From contig CBDDPY010000002.1 of the NCBI GenBank assembly GCA_965232515.1, positions 5,024,001 to 5,088,000 on the forward strand: a stretch of DNA of 64,000 nt. The letters run 5' to 3'. Both the position numbers and the translations under genes were made by a program. Positions 29,429-38,983 of the stretch are shown in pieces; position 1 is the stretch's first letter; every line of letters begins with the position of its first letter. This stretch comes from Alphaproteobacteria bacterium (GTDB lineage: Bacteria > Pseudomonadota > Alphaproteobacteria > GCA-2731375). The notes beneath the pieces are model-generated. The model was given only the letters and a program-made list of their open reading frames with translations. It was not told the DNA's origin and did not search any database.

Positions 29429-30397
29429 ATGGCGGGCACCAGGACAGGAACCGGGATCTCCCTCGCCGTCGTGTGCCTCATTATTCTGGGCCTTATGCCG
29501 GTGATATCGAACAGCCGGCCCGACGATTTCGGCGCGCTCGGTTTCGCGTTCTTCCTGTCCGTCTGGCAAGTCGTCTTCGCCCTGCCGCTCTTCGTCCGCG
29601 AGCTTCGATCGGACGACAAGGGCATCTTCCAGGCCGCGTTCGCGCCGGCGGAGAAGCGGCGCGTCATTCTGGTCGCGCTCCTCACCGGGTCCATGTTCGC
29701 GCTGTCGACCTATCTCTATGTCGTCGGCGTCGAGCGAGCGGGGGCGGTAAGCGCCGCGATCGCAATCCAGGCCTATCCGCTCTTCGCCATCCTCGTGGAA
29801 ACGCTGTATCTCAAGCGGCGCAAGACCGCCGTCGAGCTGACGTTGACGGCGGTCTTGATCGGCGCGCTCTACTACCTGGGCACCGGCGGAACCGGCGTGA
29901 TCGAGGGCCTGTCGCCATGGTTCTTCGCCGCCCTCGGGGTGCCGTTCCTGTGGAGCATCGCCCATGTCATGATCAAGGAAGAGCTGGGCCGCACGCCTAT
30001 AACGCCGGCACAGGTGACCTTCTTCCGGGTCGCGGTCTCGGCGGGCCTGCTGGGGCTCGTTCTCGCCGCGACCGAACCGGCGGCCTTCGTCACAGCAGTC
30101 CGGCGCGCGGATTTCCAGACCTTCGCGATGATCATGGGGCTGGTCTACTATCTCGAGCTCATCGTCTGGTTTTACGCGGTCCGTCATATCGACGTGTCGC
30201 TTGCCAGTTCGATCACCACGCCCTGGCCCGCCCTGACCATGCTGCTCGCCGTGGTCTTTCTCGGCGACCGGATCGAAGCCTATCAAATCGGCGCCTTTAT
30301 CGCCGTGGTGGCCTGCATCTACGGCTTGATGATCGCCAGCATTCGGAAGGAGCGGGCCCGAGCGGCGGATTCCGCCGGTCTCTCCGGCCGGCCGTAA
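29429..30397 (+). CDS. DMT family transporter
   Basis: About 10 TM segments; ends LAVVFLGD; divergent from MocR regulator. Confidence 0.85.
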   Translation: MAGTRTGTGISLAVVCLIILGLMPVISNSRPDDFGALGFAFFLSVWQVVFALPLFVRELRSDDKGIFQAAFAPAEKRRVILVALLTGSMFALSTYLYVVGVERAGAVSAAIAIQAYPLFAILVETLYLKRRKTAVELTLTAVLIGALYYLGTGGTGVIEGLSPWFFAALGVPFLWSIAHVMIKEELGRTPITPAQVTFFRVAVSAGLLGLVLAATEPAAFVTAVRRADFQTFAMIMGLVYYLELIVWFYAVRHIDVSLASSITTPWPALTMLLAVVFLGDRIEAYQIGAFIAVVACIYGLMIASIRKERARAADSAGLSGRP

Positions 30398-30599
30398 AGG
30401 CCGTCAAGCCAGACGTTCGAGCGGCCGGCATCCTACTGACAGGCCGTTGGCAGTTGGGTTGGTGTAAGGGTTCCGACGCACCCAGGCCGCGGCTTGCGTT
30501 CGACGGTGACCGCCAAGCGGGCAACCGCCGCCGCCGCGCGAATGGCCGACATCGCGTTACCGTCGCCGGGAACGTTTTATGACAAGGAAAGGACCTGTT

Positions 30600-31229
30600 G
30601 TGAGAGTACTGCATATCGACGCGAGCGTCCGCGCGGACGGCTCGGCGTCGCGGCGTCTGTCGGCGCATTTCGTTCGGGAACTGGCGGGCAATGGCGTGGA
30701 GCTTGAGATCGATCGGCTCGATCTCGTCGAGTCGCCGCCGCGCCACTTCGGTCCGGCACAGACGGACGCCACCTATGTGCCGATCGAGGCGCATTCGGCC
30801 GAGATGACGGCGGCGCTGGCGGAGTCGGATCTGCTCTGCGACCGCGTGCTCGCGGCGGACGCCATCGTCTGCGGCGTGCCGATCTACAATTTCGGCATGC
30901 CATCGGCCTTCAAGGCGTTCATCGACCATATCGTCCGGCGCGGGCGCACGTTCGACTACACCGACCGGGGCCTCGTCGGTCATCTCGCGGGCAGGAAGGC
31001 GGCGTTCCTGATCGTGTCCGGCGGCGATTATCGGCCGGGCGCCATGTTCGAGGGCATGGACGGCCTGACGCCGCATCTGAAGGCCATCTTCGCGTTCCTG
31101 GGCCTGACCGATCCCGACATCATCAACGCCCAGCCGATGCAGTTCGAAGGTCCGGCCGCGAAGGAAAAGGCGCTCAACGACGCCGAAGCCGCCGCGACTG
31201 CGCTCGCCAAGGCCTGGTCGGCGCCCTGA
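30600..31229 (+). CDS. FMN-dependent NADH-azoreductase (AzoR/AcpD family)
   Basis: VLHIDASVR..SASRRL, PIYNFGMPSAFKAFIDH, SGG.Y; AAGGA RBS before GTG. Confidence 0.9.
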   Translation: MRVLHIDASVRADGSASRRLSAHFVRELAGNGVELEIDRLDLVESPPRHFGPAQTDATYVPIEAHSAEMTAALAESDLLCDRVLAADAIVCGVPIYNFGMPSAFKAFIDHIVRRGRTFDYTDRGLVGHLAGRKAAFLIVSGGDYRPGAMFEGMDGLTPHLKAIFAFLGLTDPDIINAQPMQFEGPAAKEKALNDAEAAATALAKAWSAP

Positions 31230-31230
31230 C

Positions 31231-31481
31231 GGCCTGGATCTCGTGGATGGTCCCGAAGCCGGCGCGTTCGTGGCGGGAACTGTTGAGCGGGTCCGCAGAC
31301 GCGAGACAGGCGATCGGGCCGTCGGCGCTCCCGCCTGACCGGCGGCGTGCATCCGCCGAACGGCATCGGGACGGTCGCGGTTGTTCTCGATCGTGGCGAC
31401 GATGTTCCGCGACGGTCGTTCGGCGGGCTTCGGGCGCTTGACGAGTACCGGGTGGGTTGCACGAGCGCGCGCATCCGACAT
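31231..31481 (-). pseudogene. Decayed GNAT acetyltransferase remnant
   Basis: 31231-31327 reads ADGPIACLASADPLNSSRHERAGFGTIHEIQA and aligns without gaps to 40387-40483 (77/97 nt by hand count); AGGAGG RBS and ATG at 31481 in another frame. Confidence 0.7.
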
Positions 31482-31576
31482 ATAAGCCTCCTGTCCTCCT
31501 GGGGGATACGGAACGCGGCAGGACGACGGATTCAGCCGCCCGGTCGCTGTTGTCAGGAATGCGCGTACGGTCGTTG

Positions 31577-31957
31577 ATGTTGACGCGTTGCCGCCGCAGT
31601 CGGATTTTTCACCTCGCGCTCGCCCTTGCGATGACGCTCTCCATGCTGTTGGCGCCTGCCGCCCACGCCGCCTCGCACAACCCGGTCGCTCTCGCCCATG
31701 CCGAGATCGAGCGTCATGCCGTGCTGACGCACGCGGATACCGACCACGGGCACGGCCATGAAGACGGCTGGCCCGCCGAACGGCACGCCGGCCATGCGCA
31801 TGGGCACAACCCGGCCGATCACTCGCACGATGTCCCGGCGCCGGTCGCATTCGCGGGCTGCGCCTTTCCGATCTTCGCCGGCGCGTGGCTGCCGGTGGCG
31901 CCGCGCTCGCATGACTGCGGCCCGTCCTTTGGCATAGAACGTCCGCCGCGCATCTGA
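31577..31957 (+). CDS. Small exported His-rich protein
   Basis: Signal-like segment, HGHGHED..HAGHAHGHNPADHSHD, ends ERPPR. Confidence 0.75.
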   Translation: MLTRCRRSRIFHLALALAMTLSMLLAPAAHAASHNPVALAHAEIERHAVLTHADTDHGHGHEDGWPAERHAGHAHGHNPADHSHDVPAPVAFAGCAFPIFAGAWLPVAPRSHDCGPSFGIERPPRI

Positions 31958-32020
31958 GGTAACGCCACCGGCGTCGCCCCTGCGCGGGCACTTTCTGCAA
32001 TCTCAACGACGGACTGATCC

Positions 32021-32755
32021 ATGTCTCGACCATCCTCCGCGGATGGCTGGCGGGCGCCGCGCGCGCTTCGCCGCCTCCTGCGCGTTTCCATCACCGCGGT
32101 CTTCCCGCTCCTGGCCCTGGCCGGCGCTGCATCGGCGCATGCCGTCGCCGAAGGCGACAAGGGCTACATCCAGGAGATCTCGGGCATCCACCTCCTGCCC
32201 TTCATCTATCTCGGGGCCAAGCACATGGTCACGGGATACGACCACCTGCTGTTCCTGTTCGGCGTGGTCTTCTTCCTTTACCGGCTGAAGCACGTCGCGA
32301 TCTACGTCAGCCTGTTTGCCCTCGGCCATTCGACGACCATGCTGCTCGGCGTTTACTTCAACGTCGGGATCAACAGCTACCTGATCGATGCGATCATCGG
32401 CCTGTCGGTCGTCTACAAGGCGCTCGACAATTTGGGCGCCTATGGGCGCTGGTTCGGGTTTCAGCCCGACACCAAGGCGGCGACCCTGATCTTCGGCCTG
32501 TTTCACGGCTTCGGCCTGTCCAGCAAGATCCTCGACTACGAGATCTCGCCCGACGGCCTGCTGGCCAATCTGCTGGCTTTCAACGTCGGCGTCGAGATCG
32601 GCCAGTTGCTCGCGCTTGCCGCGATCCTGATCGCCATGGGCTACTGGCGCCGAACGGCCGGCTTCTGGAAGCACGCCTACACCGCGAATGTCCTCATGAT
32701 GAGCGCCGGCTTCGTGCTGATCGGCTATCAGCTCACCGGCTATTTCGTCGCTTAG
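32021..32755 (+). CDS. HupE/UreJ family protein
   Basis: LGAKHMVTGYDHLLFL, GHSTT, FGLFHGFG, FNVGVEIGQ. Confidence 0.92.
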   Translation: MSRPSSADGWRAPRALRRLLRVSITAVFPLLALAGAASAHAVAEGDKGYIQEISGIHLLPFIYLGAKHMVTGYDHLLFLFGVVFFLYRLKHVAIYVSLFALGHSTTMLLGVYFNVGINSYLIDAIIGLSVVYKALDNLGAYGRWFGFQPDTKAATLIFGLFHGFGLSSKILDYEISPDGLLANLLAFNVGVEIGQLLALAAILIAMGYWRRTAGFWKHAYTANVLMMSAGFVLIGYQLTGYFVA

Positions 32756-32788
32756 ACATCTTTTGAACAGACAGAAAGCGAAAGACGA

Positions 32789-33493
32789 ATGTACAACGCG
32801 AACAAGCCCTCGCCGGACGAGCTTCCCAGCAGCCGGCGCCTGCTTCGCTCGACCGCCGTCGCCATGTTTGGCGCGGCGGCGATCCTGTTGACGGTCGTGC
32901 TGCCCGCCGAATACGGCATCGATCCCACCGGCGCCGGCGGCGTCCTCGGCCTGAGCGAGATGGGCGAGATCAAGATGCAGCTCGCTGAGGAGGCCGAGAC
33001 CGACCGCCGCCTGGCGGCCCAGGCACAGGTCACCCCCGGCACCCCCGCGCCGCCGCGGCCGACGCCGCCGGACGAGGCCGAACGTGCCGCCGCGGCGGGG
33101 CCGGCCCCGGTTCCGGCCGAACGCCCGGCCGGCCCGGCCGTCGCCGGAGCCGAGGCGCCGCCGCCGGCCGGGCCGGACGCCCGAAGCGACGAGATCAGCA
33201 TCACGCTGTCGCCGGGCCAGGGCACGGAGGTAAAGCTGGTCATGGACGCCGGCGCCCGGGCGCGTTTCGAATGGACCGCCAACGGCGGCCTGCTGAACTA
33301 CGACACCCATGGCGACGGCGGCGGCCAATCGATCTCATACGAAAAGGGCCGGGGTGTCGGCGGCGACTCGGGTGAGCTCGTGGCCGCTTTCGACGGCAAC
33401 CACGGCTGGTTCTGGCGCAACCGAACCGCACGGGACGTCACGCTGACGCTCCGCACCAATGGCGCTTATCGTGAATTGAAACGCGTGCTCTAG
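32789..33493 (+). CDS. Transmembrane anchor protein typical of HupE/UreJ loci
   Basis: VLPAEYGIDPTG, YDTHGD, AAFDGNHGWFWRNR. Confidence 0.85.
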   Translation: MYNANKPSPDELPSSRRLLRSTAVAMFGAAAILLTVVLPAEYGIDPTGAGGVLGLSEMGEIKMQLAEEAETDRRLAAQAQVTPGTPAPPRPTPPDEAERAAAAGPAPVPAERPAGPAVAGAEAPPPAGPDARSDEISITLSPGQGTEVKLVMDAGARARFEWTANGGLLNYDTHGDGGGQSISYEKGRGVGGDSGELVAAFDGNHGWFWRNRTARDVTLTLRTNGAYRELKRVL

Positions 33494-33508
33494 AACGTCG
33501 CGGAAGGC

Positions 33509-33548
33509 GCCGACCCCGCCGCCGTTTCCCTATGGCGGCGGGGTCGGC
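33509..33548. terminator. Hairpin between convergent genes
   Basis: 15-bp perfect stem GCCGACCCCGCCGCC / GGCGGCGGGGTCGGC. Confidence 0.6.
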
Positions 33549-33628
33549 CCGGCCCTTGCCGACGATCTCGACGCCCTGGCGTTCGCAACGGGAGACGTCG
33601 GGCGGGTTCGAGGATCCAAGCAGGGCGA

Positions 33629-34054
33629 TCAGCCGGTCGGTGTCTCGGCGTCCGTCGATCGGGCGATGATTTCCTGCCGGAACCCGTCCCTGTCCGTCTG
33701 AATCCGTGCCAGCAGCGCGGCCGGAAAATCAGAGCGTTCATCGTGCCGCGCCGACCAGAGCGCGATCTCGAACAGGACCGGGATGAAATCGTGCGCCTTG
33801 GGCGTCAGCCGATAGTGCAGCTTCGACGCGTTCGCGGGATCGGGCGATTTCGTCACCATGCCCGCCGCCGCGAGGCGCGCGAGACGGTCGGCGAGAACGT
33901 TCGTCGAAATCCCTTCGCCGGCCCGATGAAATTCGCCGAACGATCGAAACCCCTTGAACACCATGTCCCGCAGGATCAGCAGCGTCCAGCGATCACCGAT
34001 GACGCTCGTCGCATACCGGAACGGACAACCGAACGGCGGGTAGGTCTTGGCCAA
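33629..34054 (-). CDS. HxlR family winged-helix regulator
   Basis: CP....VIGDRWTLLILRD, GISTNVLADRL, YRLT; TTG start after AAAGGA. Confidence 0.88.
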   Translation of the reverse strand: MAKTYPPFGCPFRYATSVIGDRWTLLILRDMVFKGFRSFGEFHRAGEGISTNVLADRLARLAAAGMVTKSPDPANASKLHYRLTPKAHDFIPVLFEIALWSARHDERSDFPAALLARIQTDRDGFRQEIIARSTDAETPTG

Positions 34055-34073
34055 ACCGATGTATCCTTTCAAG

Positions 34074-34094
34074 GTACTTGCAAAAAACAAGTAC
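34074..34094. promoter_or_regulatory. Probable HxlR operator
   Basis: GTACTTG-N7-CAAGTAC palindrome between divergent genes. Confidence 0.7.
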
Positions 34095-34141
34095 TTTCGC
34101 CAACATCGCGATGGCATTCAGTTAAGCCAAATGGGGGTGAC

Positions 34142-34585
34142 ATGGCCAGGGTCCGTCATCGCGTCGGCGTGGCCGGCGACATCGATCACATCTACCGGGC
34201 CACGCACCAGCCCGCGGGCCTCGCCGGCTGGTGGGCGTCAACGGCCGACGGAACACCGGACGTCGGGCAGGTGCTCAACCTGCACTTTGAAGCGCTGACC
34301 ACACTGTCGTTCAAAATCACCGCGCTCGAACGGAATGCGCTTGTGCGTCTGCAATGCGTCGCGGGCCCGGGTCCGTGGCGGGAGTCGCAACTGGATTTCA
34401 CGTTCGAGCAGGACGACCGCCAGGTCTGGGTCGGCCTGATCCACGAAAACGCATCCGCCGCCGACGACGACTTCGTCTATTTCAGCACCAAGTGGCCGAT
34501 TTACCTCTTGAGCCTGCGCGACTTCATCGAGACCGGAACGGGCACGCCCTATCCCAACGAAACCAAGATCCACATCGACGACTGA
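34142..34585 (+). CDS. SRPBCC/AHSA1-like protein
   Basis: GLAGWW, CVAGP..W, KW..YL.SLR..IETG.G.PYP. Confidence 0.85.
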   Translation: MARVRHRVGVAGDIDHIYRATHQPAGLAGWWASTADGTPDVGQVLNLHFEALTTLSFKITALERNALVRLQCVAGPGPWRESQLDFTFEQDDRQVWVGLIHENASAADDDFVYFSTKWPIYLLSLRDFIETGTGTPYPNETKIHIDD

Positions 34586-34750
34586 TCTCGGTTCCGCGGC
34601 CATGACGTCGCTCCGACAAAAAAAATCGACAACAGAGCGTCCCGACACGGGCATTACAACGGTCGTGACAACGCTTGCGGCTTAAGGAGCGTTTCCGCCA
34701 CGGTGCCGTTTGCTCGAACGCCCCCGCGCAACCGGTGAGACTTGATCTGC

Positions 34751-35671
34751 ATGACAAACACCCTTTCAAGGCCGAAAACAGGCGCGCGCCGTTCGTCGCG
34801 GGTCGCCGACAGGATCGCGGCGCTCGATCCCGAAGCGGACTATGAGGAGATTGCCCGCCTCCTCTACGCCTACGAGTTCTCCTGGGACATCGAGCGCGCG
34901 CTCGAGTTCGCGCTCTTCCGGACCTGCGCCGTGCCGTCGATCTCGGGCTTGCTGGCGAAGACCGGCGAATTCGAAACCCGGCCGCGCAAGCGCTACGACG
35001 ACACCGAGCTCATTCTGGCCGAAGCCATCGAGCACGGACTGGACAGCCGGCGGGGGCGGCGGTCGATCGCCAGGATGAACGCCATGCACGGCCGCTTCCG
35101 GATCGACAACGCCGACATGCTCTACGTGTTGTCGACCTTCGTCTGCGAGCCGATCCGCTGGCTCGACCGCTTCGGCCGCCGGCCCATGACCGAAAACGAG
35201 CGGCGGGCGTGGTTCCTCTATTACCGCGGACTGGGCGAGCGCATGGGCATCGGCGAGATCCCCCGCGAGCTTGCGGACATGATGCGCTTCAACGAGGACT
35301 ACGAGGCGGCCAACTTCCGCTTCGCCGAGACGAACCGGCGGATCGCGGCGGCGACCGTCGATCTGCTACTCGGCTTCTACCTGCCGCGCTGGCTGTTCTG
35401 GGCCGGCCGGCCGGCGGTCCGCGCCTTCCTCGACCAGCCATTGTTGCAGAGCATGGGCTTTCGTCCGGCGCCCGGCTGGCTTCGGCAATTGCTGATGGCA
35501 GCGTTACGGGCGCGGGCCGCCGTCCTCAGACGCCTGCCGCCGCGCCGCCGCCCGCGCCTGCTGACGCAAGTCTCTCGCCCGACCTACCCGGAAGGCTACC
35601 GCATCGAGGAACTCGGCACCTTCCGCGGCGCGGAGACGCCGTCGAACGCGCGCCGACAAGAATACCGATGA
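34751..35671 (+). CDS. Oxygenase MpaB family (DUF2236) protein
   Basis: ALFRT.AVPSIS, KRYDDT, MNAMHGRF, DMLYVLSTF. Confidence 0.85.
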   Translation: MTNTLSRPKTGARRSSRVADRIAALDPEADYEEIARLLYAYEFSWDIERALEFALFRTCAVPSISGLLAKTGEFETRPRKRYDDTELILAEAIEHGLDSRRGRRSIARMNAMHGRFRIDNADMLYVLSTFVCEPIRWLDRFGRRPMTENERRAWFLYYRGLGERMGIGEIPRELADMMRFNEDYEAANFRFAETNRRIAAATVDLLLGFYLPRWLFWAGRPAVRAFLDQPLLQSMGFRPAPGWLRQLLMAALRARAAVLRRLPPRRRPRLLTQVSRPTYPEGYRIEELGTFRGAETPSNARRQEYR

Positions 35672-35865
35672 CAACCGCCAAATCCCTTTTTGTGCGCGCG
35701 TTCGGCCGCTTATCCGCCCTAACTCGGGATTTGGCAAGCCGCTGTTGTCTTCCTGACGGCGTGCTGTCAGCGGCATTGCGCTAGGCTTCTTCAGATCGGG
35801 ACCGGCCACCATGCGCCGTGCCGAACCGGCAGCCCGACAGACGAATTGATCATAGAGTGTCCGGC

Positions 35866-36525
35866 ATGCCGCTGCAGAACCGCGTGACGCCCTTCTCCAC
35901 CATCGAAGCCGTGGATAGCCGCGGCCTCGTCATGGGCAATCGCGGCTGCCTTCACGACGACGATCGCCAGCTGCGCAGCCAACGCTGGCGGACCAAGTCC
36001 TGGATAGTCTGCCGGCTCGACTGGAAGAACAGGCGGCGGCGGCTGATGACGCCCGGATCCTGGACCGAGCTGTTCTTCCTCGACGATGCCGTGGCGCTCG
36101 CGGCCGGCCATCGCCCCTGCGGCTATTGCCGCCGCGACGACTACCGCGATTTCCTCGCCCGTTGGGCGTCCGGAACCGGCTGGAGCCTGGCGCGGCCACC
36201 GCGGCAGCCCGACGTCGACGCCAGCCTCCATGCCGACCGCGTCGACCGGCAGGGGCGCCAACGCCATCACGACGCCGGGATCGACCGCCTGCCGGACGGT
36301 TGCTTCGTGCGCCTGCCGGACGATCCCACGCCCTGGCTGGTCCACGGCGCGCGCCTCCATCCCTGGTCGCAAGCCGGCTACGGCCCGCCCGTCCGCCGGC
36401 CGGCTGGGATCACGGTGGCCGTCATCACGCCCGCCGCCACGGTCGCCACCCTCGCCGCTGGTTACATTCCGTTGGTTCATCCCAGCATCACCCAAAGCGG
36501 CGACGCGGCCGGACCGCCACGATAG
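35866..36525 (+). CDS. Hypothetical protein with Ada-like metal-binding motif
   Basis: LQNRVTP, MGNRGCLH, TELFFLD..ALAAGHRPCGYCRR. Confidence 0.8.
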   Translation: MPLQNRVTPFSTIEAVDSRGLVMGNRGCLHDDDRQLRSQRWRTKSWIVCRLDWKNRRRRLMTPGSWTELFFLDDAVALAAGHRPCGYCRRDDYRDFLARWASGTGWSLARPPRQPDVDASLHADRVDRQGRQRHHDAGIDRLPDGCFVRLPDDPTPWLVHGARLHPWSQAGYGPPVRRPAGITVAVITPAATVATLAAGYIPLVHPSITQSGDAAGPPR

Positions 36526-36650
36526 ACGCCACCGCGACCGCCGATCGCGGCGCGTTCAATTCGGGCTTTGATCGACATCATCGCGGTCTTGGATCGGACG
36601 TAGCACGGTGAAAACTGTCACGTCTGTTCCAACCGACAGGAGGCGGTGCT

Positions 36651-37076
36651 TTGCCCGATGGAGTGAAGCTGACGGGTCGGTGCCTGTGCGGCGCCGTTCG
36701 ATTTACCGGCACGACGAATGAGCCCAAGGTTGCCGCCTGCCACTGCAGCATGTGCCGGCGTTGGTCATCCGGACCCTATTTCGAGGTCGTGTGCACGAGC
36801 GTCACCTTCGAGGGCGACGACAACATCACGAAAATACGATCCTCCGACTGGGCCGAACGCGCCTTCTGCAACAAATGCGGGTCGAACCTGTACTACCGCA
36901 TGATCGACAGCGACGAGTTGCAGCTCGCCGCCGGACTTCTCGACGATCAATCGGGTCTACGCCTGTCACGGCAGTTTTTCACCGACAAGAAGCCACCCTT
37001 CTATACCCTGGCCGACGAGACGGAAACCATGACGTCCGAAGAGATCTATGCCGCCTTCGCCGCCCGTTCGGATTGA
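36651..37076 (+). CDS. GFA family protein
   Basis: GRCLCGAV, CHCSMCRR, RAFCNKCGS; AGGAGG RBS before TTG. Confidence 0.9.
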   Translation: MPDGVKLTGRCLCGAVRFTGTTNEPKVAACHCSMCRRWSSGPYFEVVCTSVTFEGDDNITKIRSSDWAERAFCNKCGSNLYYRMIDSDELQLAAGLLDDQSGLRLSRQFFTDKKPPFYTLADETETMTSEEIYAAFAARSD

Positions 37077-37089
37077 GTCCAAGAAACGC

Positions 37090-37191
37090 CAAAAACAGTG
37101 ACAGTTTACTAAAGCTCTTTTTAAGACGGCTTTGGTCGGAGGTCGATCAATCAGGTGTTCAGTGAACTGTCATTGCTTTCCACTGTTTTTG
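37090..37191. repeat. AT-rich imperfect inverted repeat element
   Basis: CAAAAACAGTG+ACAGTTTACT pairs with AGTGAACTGTCA...CACTGTTTTTG. Confidence 0.5.
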
Positions 37192-37236
37192 CGGCTCTCC
37201 GGCTTGCGCGATTGGTCCGATCAGCCTGGGCGCGAC

Positions 37237-38331
37237 CTAGAACGACGTCTTGAGCGCCTGTTCACGCTCAAAGCGCTCCAGTCCCAGTTCGATCAATCGA
37301 TTGATGAGCTCCGAATAGGAAACGCCGCTTGCCTCCCAAAGACGCGGGTACATACTGATCTTGGTGAAGCCGGGAATGGTGTTGATCTCGTTTACGATCA
37401 GCCCGCCGTCTTTCTTGAGGAAGAAGTCGACCCTGCCGAGCCCTTCGCATTCGAGGGTTTGGAATGTCCGTATGGCGAGCGCCCTTATGTCGTCGCTGAC
37501 GGCGTCCGGGATATCGGCTGGGATCTCGAGCGCCGCCCCGTGCTCGTCGATATACTTGGCTTCGTATGAGTAAAACTCGTGGCCGGGGATGATCTCGCCT
37601 ACGACCGACGCGATGGGGTTTCGATTGCCCAGAACCGCGCATTCCAGCTCTCGGCCGTCGATGAATTCCTCGATCAGGATCTTCATGTCATAGCCGAACG
37701 CATCCCGCAGCGCCCGGTCGAAGCTCTCCTGGTCTGTAACCTTGTGAACCCCCACCGACGAGCCGAGGTTGGCCGGCTTGACGAAGAACGGCAGGCCGAT
37801 CTCATTCGAGACAGCGCCAAAATCCGGGCGGTCTTCCTGCCGGAAGACGAGGAACTTGGCGATTGGAATGCCGGAACCGCGCATCAAGCGTTTCATGACG
37901 TCCTTGTCCATCCCGACCGCCGAGCCGAGGATTCCAGCGCCGACAAACGGCACGCCGGCAAGTTTCAACAGACCCTGGACCGTGCCGTCCTCGCCGAAGG
38001 GGCCATGCAGGATCGGGAAGACGATGTCGAGCGAGGCCTGAGCGCTGCCGCCGGATAGATCGGTCAACGCCCCGCCGCTTTGCGGTACCAGCGCGACGCT
38101 GGCTTCATTTTTCCTGTTCAGCTGAATCAGTTTGGGGTCGCCGGCATCGAGCAGGAACTGCGATTGATTGGGCAGCAGCCATTTGCCCGACTTGTCGATC
38201 CCGATGAGGGCGACGTCGTACCTGTTCCTGTCGATGGCGTCGGCGACATTCTTCGCCGATTGCAGCGACACTTCATGCTCGGCCGACCTGCCGCCGAAAA
38301 GGATGCCCACTCTGATTTTCTTGCCTGCCAT
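37237..38331 (-). CDS. ddl: D-alanine--D-alanine ligase, DdlA-type
   Basis: FGGRSAEHEVS, LHGPFGEDG, KPANLGSSVG, FYSYEAKY, NEINTIPGFT. Confidence 0.96.
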   Translation of the reverse strand: MAGKKIRVGILFGGRSAEHEVSLQSAKNVADAIDRNRYDVALIGIDKSGKWLLPNQSQFLLDAGDPKLIQLNRKNEASVALVPQSGGALTDLSGGSAQASLDIVFPILHGPFGEDGTVQGLLKLAGVPFVGAGILGSAVGMDKDVMKRLMRGSGIPIAKFLVFRQEDRPDFGAVSNEIGLPFFVKPANLGSSVGVHKVTDQESFDRALRDAFGYDMKILIEEFIDGRELECAVLGNRNPIASVVGEIIPGHEFYSYEAKYIDEHGAALEIPADIPDAVSDDIRALAIRTFQTLECEGLGRVDFFLKKDGGLIVNEINTIPGFTKISMYPRLWEASGVSYSELINRLIELGLERFEREQALKTSF

Positions 38332-38983
38332 GTGCCGTCTCTACCGCGATTTCCTGAAAGAGGAATCCAATCTCGCTTCGTCTAGTTGAAGAAAACGACA
38401 AGAATTAGACACCCCTCGGTACGCTCCTCAAGAGCAACTCGGCAGCGTAGCCAGCAAACCTTCCTGCCGGGTTATCAAGTCTGTGCCAGCACCCGAGAGA
38501 GCAAATCGGGGACAGACCGATCCACCGGTCAAGCCGATGGAGGATCGTGGCGGGCGTGGGCGGCGCCTCCCGCCGGAAGTGAGGTAATCTCCGTGTCGCG
38601 GCACTCGCAGCGAGATCGAGGGCGGCCGAACGACCGCCTTGCGATCGACAAGCGGGCCTTGCGTGTGGGCCAGATCGACCGCCGTTCCTAGCCGACCTAC
38701 GGACAACGCTTTCAGTCGTCGGCGTCCGCGGCGGTGACGTCGCCGATGAAGCACAGTCCGGCATGGAGAAGGAGCGGCATGTTCCCCTCGCACGTCCGAA
38801 AAAGGCGCATGCCGTGCCCTTGGTTGCTTGCGACGCGCCAGGTTGACTTGAATCAGCGCTGAGACGTCAGAGACCTGGGAGCCTGCGGCGTCCGGCGAGT
38901 CCGGCCGAGCCCGCAAGAGAGCCTCACACCGACCGGTCCCGCCGCATCGCCAGAACCAACGGCCGCCGCCGATCACGTCAACG

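Noticed and set aside
37237-38331. VanA/VanB-type glycopeptide resistance ligase
   Set aside because: The omega loop has Tyr (YEAKY) and there are no vanH/vanX/vanRS neighbours
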